In this document: piece by piece, positions 46,891-59,800 of the stretch
How positions within the stretch are numbered: the stretch's first letter is position 1
Layout: each line of letters opens with the position of its first letter
Position numbers and translations under genes: made by a program
Notes under the pieces: generated by a model
Database searches by the model: none
What the model was told of the DNA's origin: nothing
Seen by the model: the letters and a program-made list of their open reading frames with translations, nothing else
NCBI GenBank assembly: GCA_011109175.1
Contig: RDEW01000029.1
Location: 406,158 to 470,157 of the forward strand
Direction: 5' to 3'
DNA: 64,000 nt
DNA from: Dicyema japonicum
Taxonomy: Eukaryota > Animalia > Dicyemida

Positions 46891-48250
46891 CTAATTTTAA
46901 TTATAACTTTGACGTCCCTTTCCTAAAAAATAGCGCTAAGTCTAACATACCCAATACACAACATCAACTCTAATCAATATATCTGATTCGTAATCAACAA
47001 CTTAATCTAATCTCCAAGCCAAAAAGATTAAAAAATTTCTTGAATGGAAAGTCATTTAAAATAATCTTCTAATTCGGCTTTGGTGGACTATTATTATTTC
47101 CGAGTTGCCACCATCTATGTGGACCATAGTTCCTTGTATATCCTCTACTAGATAAACTGTAGTGTCCAAGTGCTCATATAATTGACCTTTTTTCGTTGTT
47201 TGATTGTAGTCACAGTCAATTCGTAGAATAACCCTGTCTCCTACATTCAACGATTCTTATCATTTTTCTATCTTCTTTTTTTTCTGCAGCTACCAAAGTA
47301 TGCCTTCGTACAGGTCTTCACAAAGATAGGTCTTCGTCTTCTTCATACTGTAGTAATCTATTTAAGCGTTCATCATATATTCCTTGCGGATAATCCACTC
47401 CATTAAATATCTTGAAAAGAGCATGTTTGGTGGTTTCGAGTTTGGTAATATTGTAGCTGAATACAATATCTCCCAGACTGGATTGATATTTTCCCAGAGT
47501 TCCACCAGTAGAAGAAACGGATGATAACCATTTTTAAGAGATCGATTTAATCTATACATTATCATATAAATGATACCTCTCTACCTGGCCTTGAACGCAC
47601 GGTGCTCTTGGTCGTACAAAAATATGTTTAACATTTAGCCTGTTACAAATTTCTCTGAGAAAAGAGTTTCTGAACTCCAAAACATTGTCTGTTTGAAGTA
47701 TAATAGGTGGTCCATGGGTATAAAAAAATTTCTGGAAAATCTGAGATATTTCTTCAGTTGTTTTTGATTTAGCCATATCTACAATAGCAGAATTCGAAAA
47801 AGAATCAACAATTACAAAAATCTAAATGTAAACTGAAGAAATATTACACAAGAATATTCGTTATTCAAACTGGAATATCTTCTCAGATCCATCAAATCAG
47901 CAATATACCTATCACGCGAATATTCCACAATGATAGCAGTAATTGGAGGACTAGTCTCACTAAGTCTTTTGGTCTGACAGTAGACACATTTTTTAGGGCA
48001 TCTGCAACTTCTACACGAGTTAAATTGTAGATCTTTTTTTTTAGCAAACTAAATAAACGATCTCTCCCCATATGTGCTAAATTGTGTTCATTCTCATGAT
48101 TAAAAGGAAAAAATACTATTATAAATTGTTGTTTCAGTTTTGCTACTTTCTCACAAAAAATCGCTGAAATAATTTGTTGCCCTAATCCTATTAAAATCGA
48201 ATTACTCAATAATAGACTATATCGTCCTCAAAAACTAGCAATGGGGCTAA
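46790..48250 (-). mobile_element. Ginger-like transposase pseudogene 2 with intact micro-introns
   Basis: HNLAHMGRDR, DRYIADLMDLR, IVDSFS, LQTDNVLEF and QGQVER|LNRSLK. Introns at 47822-47847 (26 nt) and 47552-47576 (25 nt). Confidence 0.82.
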
Positions 48251-48559
48251 TCTCCAAATGCGCTGTTTACTCTTTCTTGAAAGCGATGCATCAAGATATC
48301 CACTTTCTAGATATTCGATTATCTGACGCAACTAATACATTTTCAACTTAAAGCTTTAACCATGTGCAGAAATTAATAAATTTTTATTTTATATTTAAAT
48401 ATTAATAACGTTTTTTTTGTTAATTAAGAATAATAAAATAACATTAAAATGACACTCTATTCATATTGACTGATTTTTTTGCTACTTTATGTTTTCAAAT
48501 ATTAACGATTTTAACTAAAAATTACACCATTTAACTTAGAAAATTCTGAATTATCCAGA

Positions 48560-49200
48560 GAACTAATTTTTATTTTTATTGGTTTTTTGTGGAGTTCCAC
48601 GTACGGACAGTGACAGTTATTATTTCAGCAGTAAGCTCCATGCCATTCTCACTTTGCATTATTTGCGGTGCTCCAAACATTAAAAAATATTGACAATTTG
48701 AAAAGCAACTTTTCCAGCACATTTTTGTTTTTGAGCGCGAAGGATACAAAATTTGGTTATATGATCTTAATGGACTAAAATCCAATAATAATGGTCGAAT
48801 GATAAAGATGACATGTCAATCAGATCAACCTGCGACGAGATAAAAAGTCTTTCGATAAAATTGGACGAACACTAGATTTTGATTTTGATCTGATTCTCTT
48901 TTTCTGACAATTGAATGCAAAATGACTTATATAAAGCAATTGTCTGACGAGAAATTTTGCTATATTTTTAGCCAGTTCATTGATCATTCTATCACGTCCA
49001 CCACGTCCAGCTTGTATGTCAGCTTTCTTGTAATATCGAAAAGTTCTTCTACGTAAACATAATATTTCGGAATTTCTTCTTCCGTGTTTCGTTTATATAT
49101 GAGTCTTTCAGAATCTCCACATTCAAGTACTTTGTATTTTTTTCAAATATATGATAATTTTTTCTTGATCTCTTTGAATTGTTTAAATTCATTTAAAATT
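48560..49200 (-). mobile_element. KRBA2/SCAND3-like integrase-type transposase remnant
   Basis: HIQAGRGGRDRM; DHITKFCILR; IFLMFGAPQIMQSENGMEL. Confidence 0.7.
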
Positions 49201-49782
49201 TTTCGATGATTGAAAAATATTCATCTTTAAAAATAAATGAGTAATTCTTATTTCCAATATGTTTCAATTTTTCCAAAAAATTGTTGCTCCAAACTTTGTT
49301 TCATTGGATAATTCATAAATAGGGCGATTTGTATTTTGACTTTATATATTCTAAATTTTAACATAAAAACTTTACTTTATTGACTTTAAAATTTCAAAAT
49401 TTTGACCATTTTTGACATTATGACAAATTTATCTAAAAATTTTTTTTTTAAATATGAAAAAACTAATCAAAAACTTTATTAAAATATGGAATAATGTAAT
49501 TCAAAACGTTTCTATGTAAAAAAAATTTTCGGTATTTAGATAATAATTTTACAATATAAAAATTTTTATTGAATAATATTGATGTGGAAGAGAATTTTTC
49601 GAATAGTCGTATAAGCATTGAGAAGTATTGTTTTTTCATTTTTGTAATAGAAAAAACTTATTGATAGAAAATATACATCTTTATTTCACATAAATCGTTA
49701 CTAAAATCTAATTTTTGAATATTCTAACTGCGTATTCTACTGTAAAGTGAGTTTTTGCTATCATACTTATAAATTTATTTTT

Positions 49783-51660
49783 ATTTTAATAACCCCGGGA
49801 ACACCGAGAAAGAAAGACAAAAAATCAAACAGTTAGGTGATCCCAGTCCTCGCAATCAATTGTGCCATTCGACGTGTGTGATCTTCCATCGTCCCCACTA
49901 CTTTCTGGAAGAACCTTCTCTCGGTCATGCAGAGGAATCCTGATCTGGGAGGGAAATTTCTTATCCAATCGGTTTTCTCTTCCCATGGAAAGGATCGGGC
50001 GAAGCGGATTTTCATCTTCCTCACAGACGCGAAAAATCCGGAGCCACGACTACGGATCTTAACTTCCATGAGTAGTGGTGAGTCGACTGTTGATCCATTA
50101 CGTGGGCAAAGCATACTAATTGTTTTCTGGTGTATCGAGTTGACTCTTTGGACCAAAGACTCCGATGGCGCGAATCTCCATGCAACGGAGGCATACTCAA
50201 CGGCAGGCGCGATTGTTTGTTGGTATAGGGTAGAAACGTTAAAATCCATTTTCCTCGTAATCTTTCGGACAAGGGCGCGTAAAACGTTAACTTTCTGGAG
50301 GCCCCTGGTAATCATGTCTTTAGCGTGGGAGTTGAAATTGAGTAGACTGTCGTACTTGACTCCAAGGACAGTGGGGACATTGTCACTGGAATCCGAGTGG
50401 GACCAATAAAGATACTCGGTTCATCCTTAGAACGACGGTCCGAAGTGAAAGTGGAACAGATGGATTTGGTTGCAGAAATCGTAAGTCGATTGCCAACAAT
50501 CCAATCGTGGAGACTGTTCAATTTGCCTGAGTTTAAAGGATGCGACTTGCGTCGAGCGGTTCCGTATTGCAATGACTACATCGTCTGCGTAGGATAATAG
50601 CAGGGAATCTTCGTCTCCATCATTAGGTAGGTCGTGTAGGAATAGGTTGAATAGAATTGGTAAAAGTGGAAACCCCTGGGGTACCCCGTTCGGTAGTAAT
50701 CATGATCTATATCTGAGATCACCACTGACTACTCTTTCACGTCTTCCAGACAAAAAGTTAGCCAGCCATAATTTCATATTCGGACGAATATTAGTAGAAA
50801 ATATTTTTCCAACCAGGATTTTCCTCGAAACAGTGTCAAAGGCTTTGTTGATGTCAATAGAAACGAAGATTGTGCGTTTGTGAGGCAGGGGATGGGTGTT
50901 AAACCGTCTGCAATGAACTGCGATAGGGTAGCCAAGTATGTAGCGGTGGACCTACAGCGGAGGAAACCATGTTAAAATATAGGACGTGGAAGATACGGAA
51001 TAATGACTGATAATACAAGTTTCTCCATAATTTTTGACAGTGTGCAGGTAACGGAAATAGGCCTGTAGGAGGCATGTTCAGTCTCTGGTTTCCCAGCTTT
51101 CAATATCGGTCTGATGATAGAATTCTTCCAAATCTTAGGAATAATATTATAGTTAATGGACAGGTTGTATATTTGCGTGAGGTAGCCAATTGAGTAGTGG
51201 CTTAGGTGTTTTAGGTGAATAGAAGATACTTTGTCAGGCCCGCACGCCCGTGAGCTCTTTAATCTGGTGATCACATCCAAGACTTGGTCATCTCTGAATA
51301 GTTCGTGATAAGGTTCCTTCTTCGGTTTATGGGCATGCACCTTAATGTCTAGGTGTTTTGAGAATGGTTTGAAGCTAATTCCAGCGTAATGTTTCATAAG
51401 GGAGTTAGGATTTAGGTGGCATAAGTGTTCAAAAGAAGACTTTCCGGTTCCGTCTGCATCATCCAGCTCCGACTTGACTTGTTTAAGAGTTTTCCAGAAA
51501 TGTCGGGATGTACTTTTCCTGTCGAGGTGGTTAACTAAGATGCTGCCATCTCTTGTCCTTGTGTTCTTTTATGCTCTAAGAGATCCTTATTTGGTTTTCT
51601 TGTTAGTTGTCTGAAGGCTGTCAAAGACTTCAGTCCAACAGATGGCATCTCTTCAGCCGG
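49783..51660 (-). mobile_element. I/Ingi-like LINE, RT + intact 3' end (array copy A)
   Basis: RACGPDKVS, YRPIS, SIDINKAFDTV, GVPQG and YADD, ending GIT* plus the family 3' UTR. Related copies at 53890-55405, 57063-58850 and 61082-63540. Confidence 0.9.
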
Positions 51661-51999
51661 TCTCATTCTGACCTGAACTATTTTTGGTAGATATCCGTAA
51701 ATATTCTAGACTATGCATAGAAGGAATTAACATAAATCCAATACATCCAGTAGGTTTTGTAAACTTTAATGTTCAATATATGCAAAGAAAATAATATCCG
51801 AGTAAGCATTAGTGACCTCATTGAGTCTAGAGTAGATGGAATGAGAAAATCAGATATTTTATAGTAGCACCTAGTAATAAAAATGATAGACCTGTTAGAT
51901 TGAAATGTTTCATTGATGAAAGATTAAACAAAAAGCTGTTTTTAGAAAATTCGTGAGTTTATAAAAAAATTAAGCAGGACATTTTCTAATAACAGTCTT

Positions 52000-52550
52000 A
52001 ACCTATTCAACTACCTTCCTCATTGATCGAGGCATAGCAGTTGACGACACATTAGTTTCTCCGTTATCAAAAAACATGCTACGATCCTGAAGTAGACACA
52101 GCTTTTCCTCGGTTATAGGAGAGTGACTTCTATGCACTAGCCATCCAGAGGATTCTGCAATATTCAATTCTGTGTCTTTAAACACTGAAATAAAATAGTG
52201 TGCTGAGGCTTCTTCTTAATTTTTCCCGATAGATATTTTTTTATCAATTTCGACATGTTGTATTTCCATCAATTTTGACTTTGTCAAGTCTTTCGCACTT
52301 TCAATGTTGTACTTTTGGGAAATGAATTCTACGATAGTGGTGTTTTTTTAATTCCCGCTATTCTTAGGCATTAATTTGCCTTATGTTCCAAGTCACCATA
52401 TAATTGGAGGATCATTCGTTTGCTTTGTTACTGACAGACTCACGACCTATTCCAAATTTATTTCTTGGTAAAGTCATTCTTTGTTAGCCGGTTGTAAGAA
52501 ATCTGCGGATGTTTTTATCGATCTGTTCAAATTCTGGAGGCTCTATATCA
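52000..52550 (-). mobile_element. R4/Dong-like fragment (post-RT region)
   Basis: RMTLPRNKFGIG; IAESSGWLVH..EEKLCLLQDRSMFF. Repeated in later units. Confidence 0.6.
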
Positions 52551-52552
52551 AT

Positions 52553-52630
52553 CAGTGGTTCCCAACCTGGGTTCCGAGGAACCCCAGGGTTCGACGTAGA
52601 CAGTTTTGGGGTTCCGGGAAATTTATTATA
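52553..52630 (+). mobile_element. hAT (Buster-like) left end fragment; also at 55722 and 59741
   Basis: cagtggttcccaacctgggttccgaggaacccc is typical of hAT termini. Confidence 0.7.
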
Positions 52631-52642
52631 AATTATTTAATA

Positions 52643-53887
52643 CAGTGCAACCCCGAATTGGGGTAATCTTTCCCAACTTTCAGGTTTTCCACAAAAAAGA
52701 GGGTTTTCCTTAAATTTGGGTCTCCCCAGTTCGACTTCCTACCTTAATAACATAACCAAGACGGATAATTACAATTATTATTTTTTAATAAAAAAATCTG
52801 TTAATTTTAATCGAGTGTTTTTTTCCCCGGGTGGCATAGTGGTTAGGTGTTCGGGCTTAAGTGGCTTAGATTACGGGTTCGAATCTCGCTTCTGTTCACC
52901 TAGTAGAAGGTTCCACGTATCTACGATGCAGGTTTGACGGTGAGGCCCGTCATCAGTGGATACTCACGGCGGAACTGGATTGTCTAGAAAAAACCAACAC
53001 ACAAGAAAATAAAAAAAAGAAGTCAAGAAAATTCCTTGGTTTTTACGATTAGTTAAAATTAACGTGTTGCCCTGCCTATAAGGAGCTATAAATATTATGG
53101 CTCTCGTGAAAAGGCCATTATTATTTGTTTTTTTCGCATGGACTCATATGGCAGAACATAATATTTGCTTTGAATCTATTGACGACCATGGAGGAACTAA
53201 TCGAAAAAAACAAAAATGGACACCAATGCCAAAAAATGCTCATCCGCAACGTACTTGTGTAGAATCAAGGGATCAAACCGAGAAAGCCTTGATCCAATTC
53301 GTCGCGATCACTTAGTTTAGTCTTTTTGGTTTAACAGTGGTCTTTGGAATTGATTAAATTAAAATTAAATCTGTATAAATCAAAGACATTTTCCTGAGTC
53401 TCTTGTTTAATAACATCTAGCAGCATTGTAAAAACGCATTCCGCATTATTTATAACTTGTTGATCATCCAAATGTTCCAGAAATTGATAGCTGCAGTCCT
53501 CTTCATCACTACTATGATCATCCCAGAAGATCTCCAAAATCGCATTTTCCACAATATCCGAATCAATTAGACTTTCTCCGGTGCCTCTTTTTCCCGACAT
53601 TCATATTCCATAGCCTTTTCAAAGCAATGTCGTATTGAAGTTTCTGTAATCTCGCCCATACCAATTTCGAACATGAAATAGCATCTATTTGAGCTACAGG
53701 ATTTTTATCATAGATAATCGTTTTCATTATCCAATTATTGAAACGATTCTAAAATGCATGTATTATTCCTTGGCCACATGGCTAAATAAGGTAGTTGTGT
53801 TTCCTGGAAAAAATATTATCTCAACGTTTGAATATTGGGCAGAAACAGCATTGCATTGTCAATAAATAATGTTATTTTACTCTCCCC
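52643..53887 (-). mobile_element. Tigger/pogo 3' part with TIR and inserted SINE; repeated in each unit
   Basis: TA + cagtgcaaccccgaattgggg is the reverse complement of the TIR ending at 36293. The body matches 35410-36270. Confidence 0.85.
52826..53125 (+). mobile_element. tRNA-derived SINE, full-length, 10-bp TSD; copies at 55995-56296 and 60014-60315
   Basis: A box TGGCATAGTGG and B box GGTTCGAATCT. TSD TGTTTTTTTC at 52816-52825 and 53126-53135. Confidence 0.9.
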
Positions 53888-56800
53888 ACTACGTCTGTTA
53901 TCTTCCATCGTCCCCACTACTTTCTGGAAGAGCCTTCTCTCGGTCTTGCAGAAGAATCCGATCAGGGAAAGAAATTTCTTATCCAATCGGTTTTCTCTTC
54001 CCATGGAAAGGATCGGGCGAAGCGGATTTTCATCTTCCTCACAGACGCGAAGAAATCCGGAGCCACGACTACGGATCTTAACTTCCATGAGTAGTGGATC
54101 AACTGTTGATCCATTACGTGGGCAAAGCATACTGATTGTTTTCTGGTGTATCGAGTTGACTCTTTGGACCATAGACTCCGATAGCGCGAATCTCCATGCA
54201 ACGGAGGCATACTCAACGGCAGGCGCGATTGTTTGTTGGTAGAGGGTAGAAACGAAAATCCATGTTCCTCGTGGTCTCGGACAAGGCGCGTAAAACGTTA
54301 ACTTTCTGGAGGCCCCTGGTAATCATGTCTTTAGCGTGGGAGTTGAAATTGAGTAGACTGTCGTACTTGACTCCAAGGACAGTGGGGACTTGTCACTGGA
54401 ATCCGAGTGGGACCAATAAAATACTCGTTCATCCTTAGAACGACGGTCCGAAGTGAAAGTGGAACAGATGAACTTGGTTGCAGAAATCGTAAGTCGATTG
54501 CCAACAATCCAATCGTGGAGAGTGTTCAATTTTGCCTGAGTTTAAAGGATGCGACTTGTGTCGAGCGGTTCCGTATTGCAATGACTACATCGTCTGCGTA
54601 GGATAATAGCAGGGAATCTTCGTCTCCATCATTAGGTAGGTCGTGTAAGAATAAGTTGAATAGAATTGGTGAAAGTGGAACCCTGGAGTACCCCGTTCGG
54701 TAGTAATCGTGATCTAGATCTGAGATCACCATTGACTACTCTTCCACGTCTTCCAGACAAAAACTTGGCCAGCCATAATTTCACATTCGGACGAATATTA
54801 GTAGAAAATATTTTTCCAACTAAGATTTTCCTCGAAACAGTGTCGAAAGCTTTATTGATGTCAATAGAAACCAATATTGTGCGTTTGTGAGGCGGAGGAT
54901 GGGTGTTAAAACCGTCGGCAATGAACTGCGATAAAGTTGCCAAGTATGTAGCGGTGGACCTACCGCGGAGGAAATAATGTTGAAATATAGGACGTGGAAG
55001 ATACGGAATAATGACTAATAATACAAGTTTCTCCATAATTTTTGACAGTGTGCTGGTAACAGAAATAGGCCTGCAGGAGGCAGGTTCTGTCTCTGTTTTC
55101 CAGCTTCAATATCGGTCTGATGATAGAATTCTTCCAAATCTTGGGAATAATATTATAGTTAATAGACAGGTTGTATATTTGCGTGAGATAGCCAATTGCG
55201 TAGTGGCTTAGGTGTTTTAGGTGAATAGAAGATACTTTGTCAGGCCCGCACGCCCGTGAGCTCTTTAATCTGGTGATCACATCCAAGACTTGGTCATCTG
55301 TGAATAGTTCGTGGTAAGGTTCCTTCTTCGGTTTATGGCATGCACCTTAATGTCCAGGTGTTTCGAGAATGGTTTGAAGCTAATTCCAGCGTAATGTTTC
55401 ATAAGTTTTTATCAATTTCGACATATTGTATTTCCATCAATTTTGACTTTGTCAAGTCTTTCGCACTTTCAATGTTGTACTTTTGGGAAATGAATTCTAC
55501 GATAGTGGTGTTTTTTTAATTCCCGCTATTCTTAGGCATTAATTTGCCTTATGTTCCAAGTCACCATATAATTGGAGGATCATTTGTTCTGCTTTGTTAC
55601 TGACAGACTCACGACCTATTCCAAATTTATTTCTTGGTAAAGTCATTCTTTGTTAGCCGGTTGTAAGAAATCTGCGGATGTTTTTATCGATCTGTTCAAA
55701 TTCTGGAGGCTCTATATCAATCAGTGGTTCCCAACCTGGGTTCCGAGGAACCCCAGGGTTCGACGTAGACAGTTTTGGGGTTCCGGGAAATTTATTATAA
55801 ATTATTTAATACAGTGTAACCCCGAATTGGGGTAATCTTTCCCAACTTTCAGGTTTTCCACAAAAAAGAGGGTTTTCCTTAAATTTGGGTCTCCCCAGTT
55901 CGACTTCCTACCTTAATAACATAACCAAGACGGATAATTACAATTATTATTTTTTAATAAAAAAATCTGTTAATTTTAATCGAGTGTTTTTTTCCCCGGG
56001 TGGCATAGTGGTTAGGTGTTCGGGCTTAAGTGGCTTAGATTACGGGTTCGAATCTCGCTTCTGTTCACCTAGTAGAAGGTTCCACGTATCTACGATGCAG
56101 GTTTGACGAGTGAGGCCGTCATCAGTGGATACTCACGGCGGAACTGGATTGTCTAGAAAAAACCAACACACAAGAAAAATAAAAAAAAGAAGTCAAGAAA
56201 ATTCCTTGGTTTTTACGATTAGTTAAAATTAACGTGTGTGCCCTGCCTATAAGGAGCTATAAATATTATGGCTCTCGTGAAAAGGCCATTATTATTTGTT
56301 TTTTTCGCATGGACTCATATGGCAGAACATAATATTTGCTTTGAATCTATTGACGACCATGGAGGAACTAATCGAAAAAAACAAAAATGGACACCAATGC
56401 CAAAAAATGCTCATCCGCAACGTACTTGTGTAGAATCAAGGAATCAACACCGAGAAAGCCTTGATCCAATTCGTCGCGATCACTTAGTTTAGTCTTTTTG
56501 GTTTAACAGTGGTCTTTGGAATTGATTAAATTAAAATTAAATCTGTATAAATCAAAGACATTTTCCTGAGTCTCTTGTTTAATAACATCTAGCAGCATTG
56601 TAAAAACGCATTCCGCATTATTTATAACTTGTTGATCATCCAAATGTTCCAGAAATTGATAGCTGCAGTCCTCTTCATCACTACTATGATCATCCCAGAA
56701 GATCTCCAAAATCGCATTTTCCACAATATCCGAATCAATTAGACTTTCTCCGGTGCCTCTTTTTCCCGACATTCATATTCCATAGCCTTTTCAAAGCAAT

Positions 56801-59800
56801 GTCGTATTGAAGTTTCTGTAATCTCGCCCCATACCAATTTCGAACATGAAATAGCATCTATTTGAGCTACAGGATTTTTATCATAGATAATCGTTTTCAT
56901 TATCCAATTATTGAAACGATTCTAAAATGCATGTATTATTCCTTGGCCACATGGCTAAAATAAGGTAGTTGTGTTTCCTGGAAAAAATATTATCTCAACG
57001 TTTGAATATTGGGCAGAAACAGCATTGCATTGTCAATAAATAATGTTATTTTACTCTCCCCACTACGTCTGTTATCTTCCATCGTCCCCACTACTTTCTG
57101 GAAGAGCCTTCTCTCGGTCTTGCAGAAGAATCCGATCAGGGAAAGAAATTTCTTATCCAATCGGTTTTCTCTTCCCATGGAAAGGATCGGGCGAAGCGGA
57201 TTTTCATCTTCCTCACAGACGCGAAGAAATCCGGAGCCACGACTACGGATCTTAACTTCCATGAGTAGTGGGTCGACTGTTGATCCATTACGTGGGCAAA
57301 GCATACTGATTGTTTTCTGGTGTATCGAGTTGACTCTTTGGACCATAGACTCCGATAGCGCGAATCTCCATGCAACGGAGGCATACTCAACGGCAGGCGC
57401 GATTGTTTGTTGGTAGAGGGTAGAAACGGAAAAATCCATGTTCATCGTGGTCTTTCGGACAAGGGCGCGTAAAACGTTAACTTTCTGGAGGCCCCTGGTA
57501 ATCATGTCTTTAGCGTGGGAGTTGAAATTGAGTAGACTGTCGTACTTGACTCCAAGGACAGTGGGGACATTGTCACTGGAATCCGAGTGGGACCAATAAA
57601 GATACTCGGTTCATCCTTAGAACGACGGTCCGAAGTGAAAGTGGAACAGATGGATTTGGTTGCAGAAATCGTAAGTCGATTGCCAACAATCCAATCGTGG
57701 AGACTGTTCAATTTGCCTGAGTTTAAAGGATGCGACTTGCGTCGAGCGGTTCCGTATTGCAATGACTACATCGTCTGCGTAGGATAATAGCAGGGAATCT
57801 TCGTCTCCATCATTAGGTAGGTCGTGTAGGAATAGGTTGAATAGAATTGGTAAAAGTGGAAACCCCTGGGGTACCCCGTTCGGTAGTAATCATGATCTAT
57901 ATCTGAGATCACCACAGACTACTCTTTCACGTCTTCCAGACAAAAAGTTAGCCAGCCATAATTTCATATTCGGACGAATATTAGTAGAAAATATTTTTCC
58001 AACCAGGATTTTCCTCGAAACAGTGTCAAAGGCTTTGTTGATATCAATAGAAACGAAGATTGTGCGTTTGTGAGGCAGGGGATGGGTGTTAAACCGTCTG
58101 CAATGAACTGCGATAGGGTAGCCAAGTATGTAGCGGTGGACCTACAGCGGAGGAAACCATGTTAAAATATAGGACGTGGAAGATACGGAATAATGACTGA
58201 TAATACAAGTTTCTCCATAATTTTTGACAGTGTACAGTAACGGAAATAGGCCTGTAGGAGGCATGTTCAGTCTCTGGTTTCCCAGCTTTCAATATCGGTC
58301 TGATGATAGAATTCTTCCAAATCTTAGGAATAATATTATAGTTAATGGACAGGTTGTATATTTGCGTGAGGTAGCCAATTGAGTAGTGGCTTAGGTGTTT
58401 TAGGTGAATAGAAGATACTTTGTCAGGCCCGCACGCCCGTGAGCTCTTTAATCTGGTGATCACATCCAAGACTTGGTCATCTGTGAATAGTTCGTGATAA
58501 GGTTCCTTCTTCGGTTTATGGGCATGCACCTTAATGTCAGGTTTTGAGAATGGTTTGAAGCTAATTCCAGCGTAATGTTTCATAAGGGAGTTAGGATTTA
58601 GGTGGCATAAGTGTTCAAAAGAAGACTTTCCGGTTCCGTCTGCATCATCCAGCTCCGACTTGACTTGTTTAAGAGTTTCCAGAAATTGTCGGGATGTACT
58701 TTTCCTGTCGAGGTGGTTAACTAAGATGCTGCCATCTCTTGTCCTTGTGTTCTTTTATGCTCTAAGAGATCCTTATTTGGTTTTCTTGTTAGTTGTCTGA
58801 AGGCTGTCAAAGACTTCAGGTCCAACAGATGGCATCTCTTCAGCCGGTCTCATTCTGACCTGAACTATTTTTGGTAGATATCCGTAAATATTCTAGACTA
58901 TGCATAGAAGGAATTAACATAAATCCAATACATCCAGTAGGTTTTGTAAACTTTAATGTTCAATATATGCAAAGAAAATAATATCCGAGTAAGCATTAGT
59001 GACCTCATTGAGTCTAGAGTAGATGGAATGAGAAAATCAGATATTTTATAGTAGCACCTAGTAATAAAAATGATAGTCCTGTTAGATTGAAATGTTTCAT
59101 TGATGAAAGATTAAACAAAAAGCTGTTTTTAGAAAATTCGTGAGTTTATAAAAAAATTAAGCAGGACATTTTCTAATAACAGTCTTAACCTATTCAACTA
59201 CCTTCCTCATTGATCGAGGCATAGCAGTTGACGACACATTAGTTTCTCCGTTATCAAAAAACATGCTACGATCCGGAAGTAGACACAGCTTTTCGTCGGT
59301 TATAGGAGAGTGACTTCTATGCACTAGCCATCCAGAGGATTCTGCAATATTCAATTCTGTGTCTTTAAACACTGAAATAAAATAGTGTGCTGAGGCTTCT
59401 TCTTAATTTTTCCCGATAGATATTTTTTTATCAATTTCGACATGTTGTATTTCCATCAATTTTGACTTTGTCAAGTCTTTCGCACTTTCAATGTTGTACT
59501 TTTGGGAAATGAATTTTACGATAGTGGTGTTTTTTTAATTCCCGCTATTCTTAGGCATTAATTTGCCTTATGTTCCAAGTCACCATATAATTGGAGGATC
59601 ATTCGTTTTGCTTTGTTACTGACAGACTCACGACCTATTCCAAATTTATTTCTTGGTAAAGTCATTCTTTGTTAGCCGGTTTTAAGAAATCTGCGGATGT
59701 TTTTATCGATCTGTTCAAATTCTGGAGGCTCTATATCAATCAGTGGTTCCCAACCTGGGTTCCGAGGAACCCCAGGGTTCGACGTAGACAGTTTTGGGGT

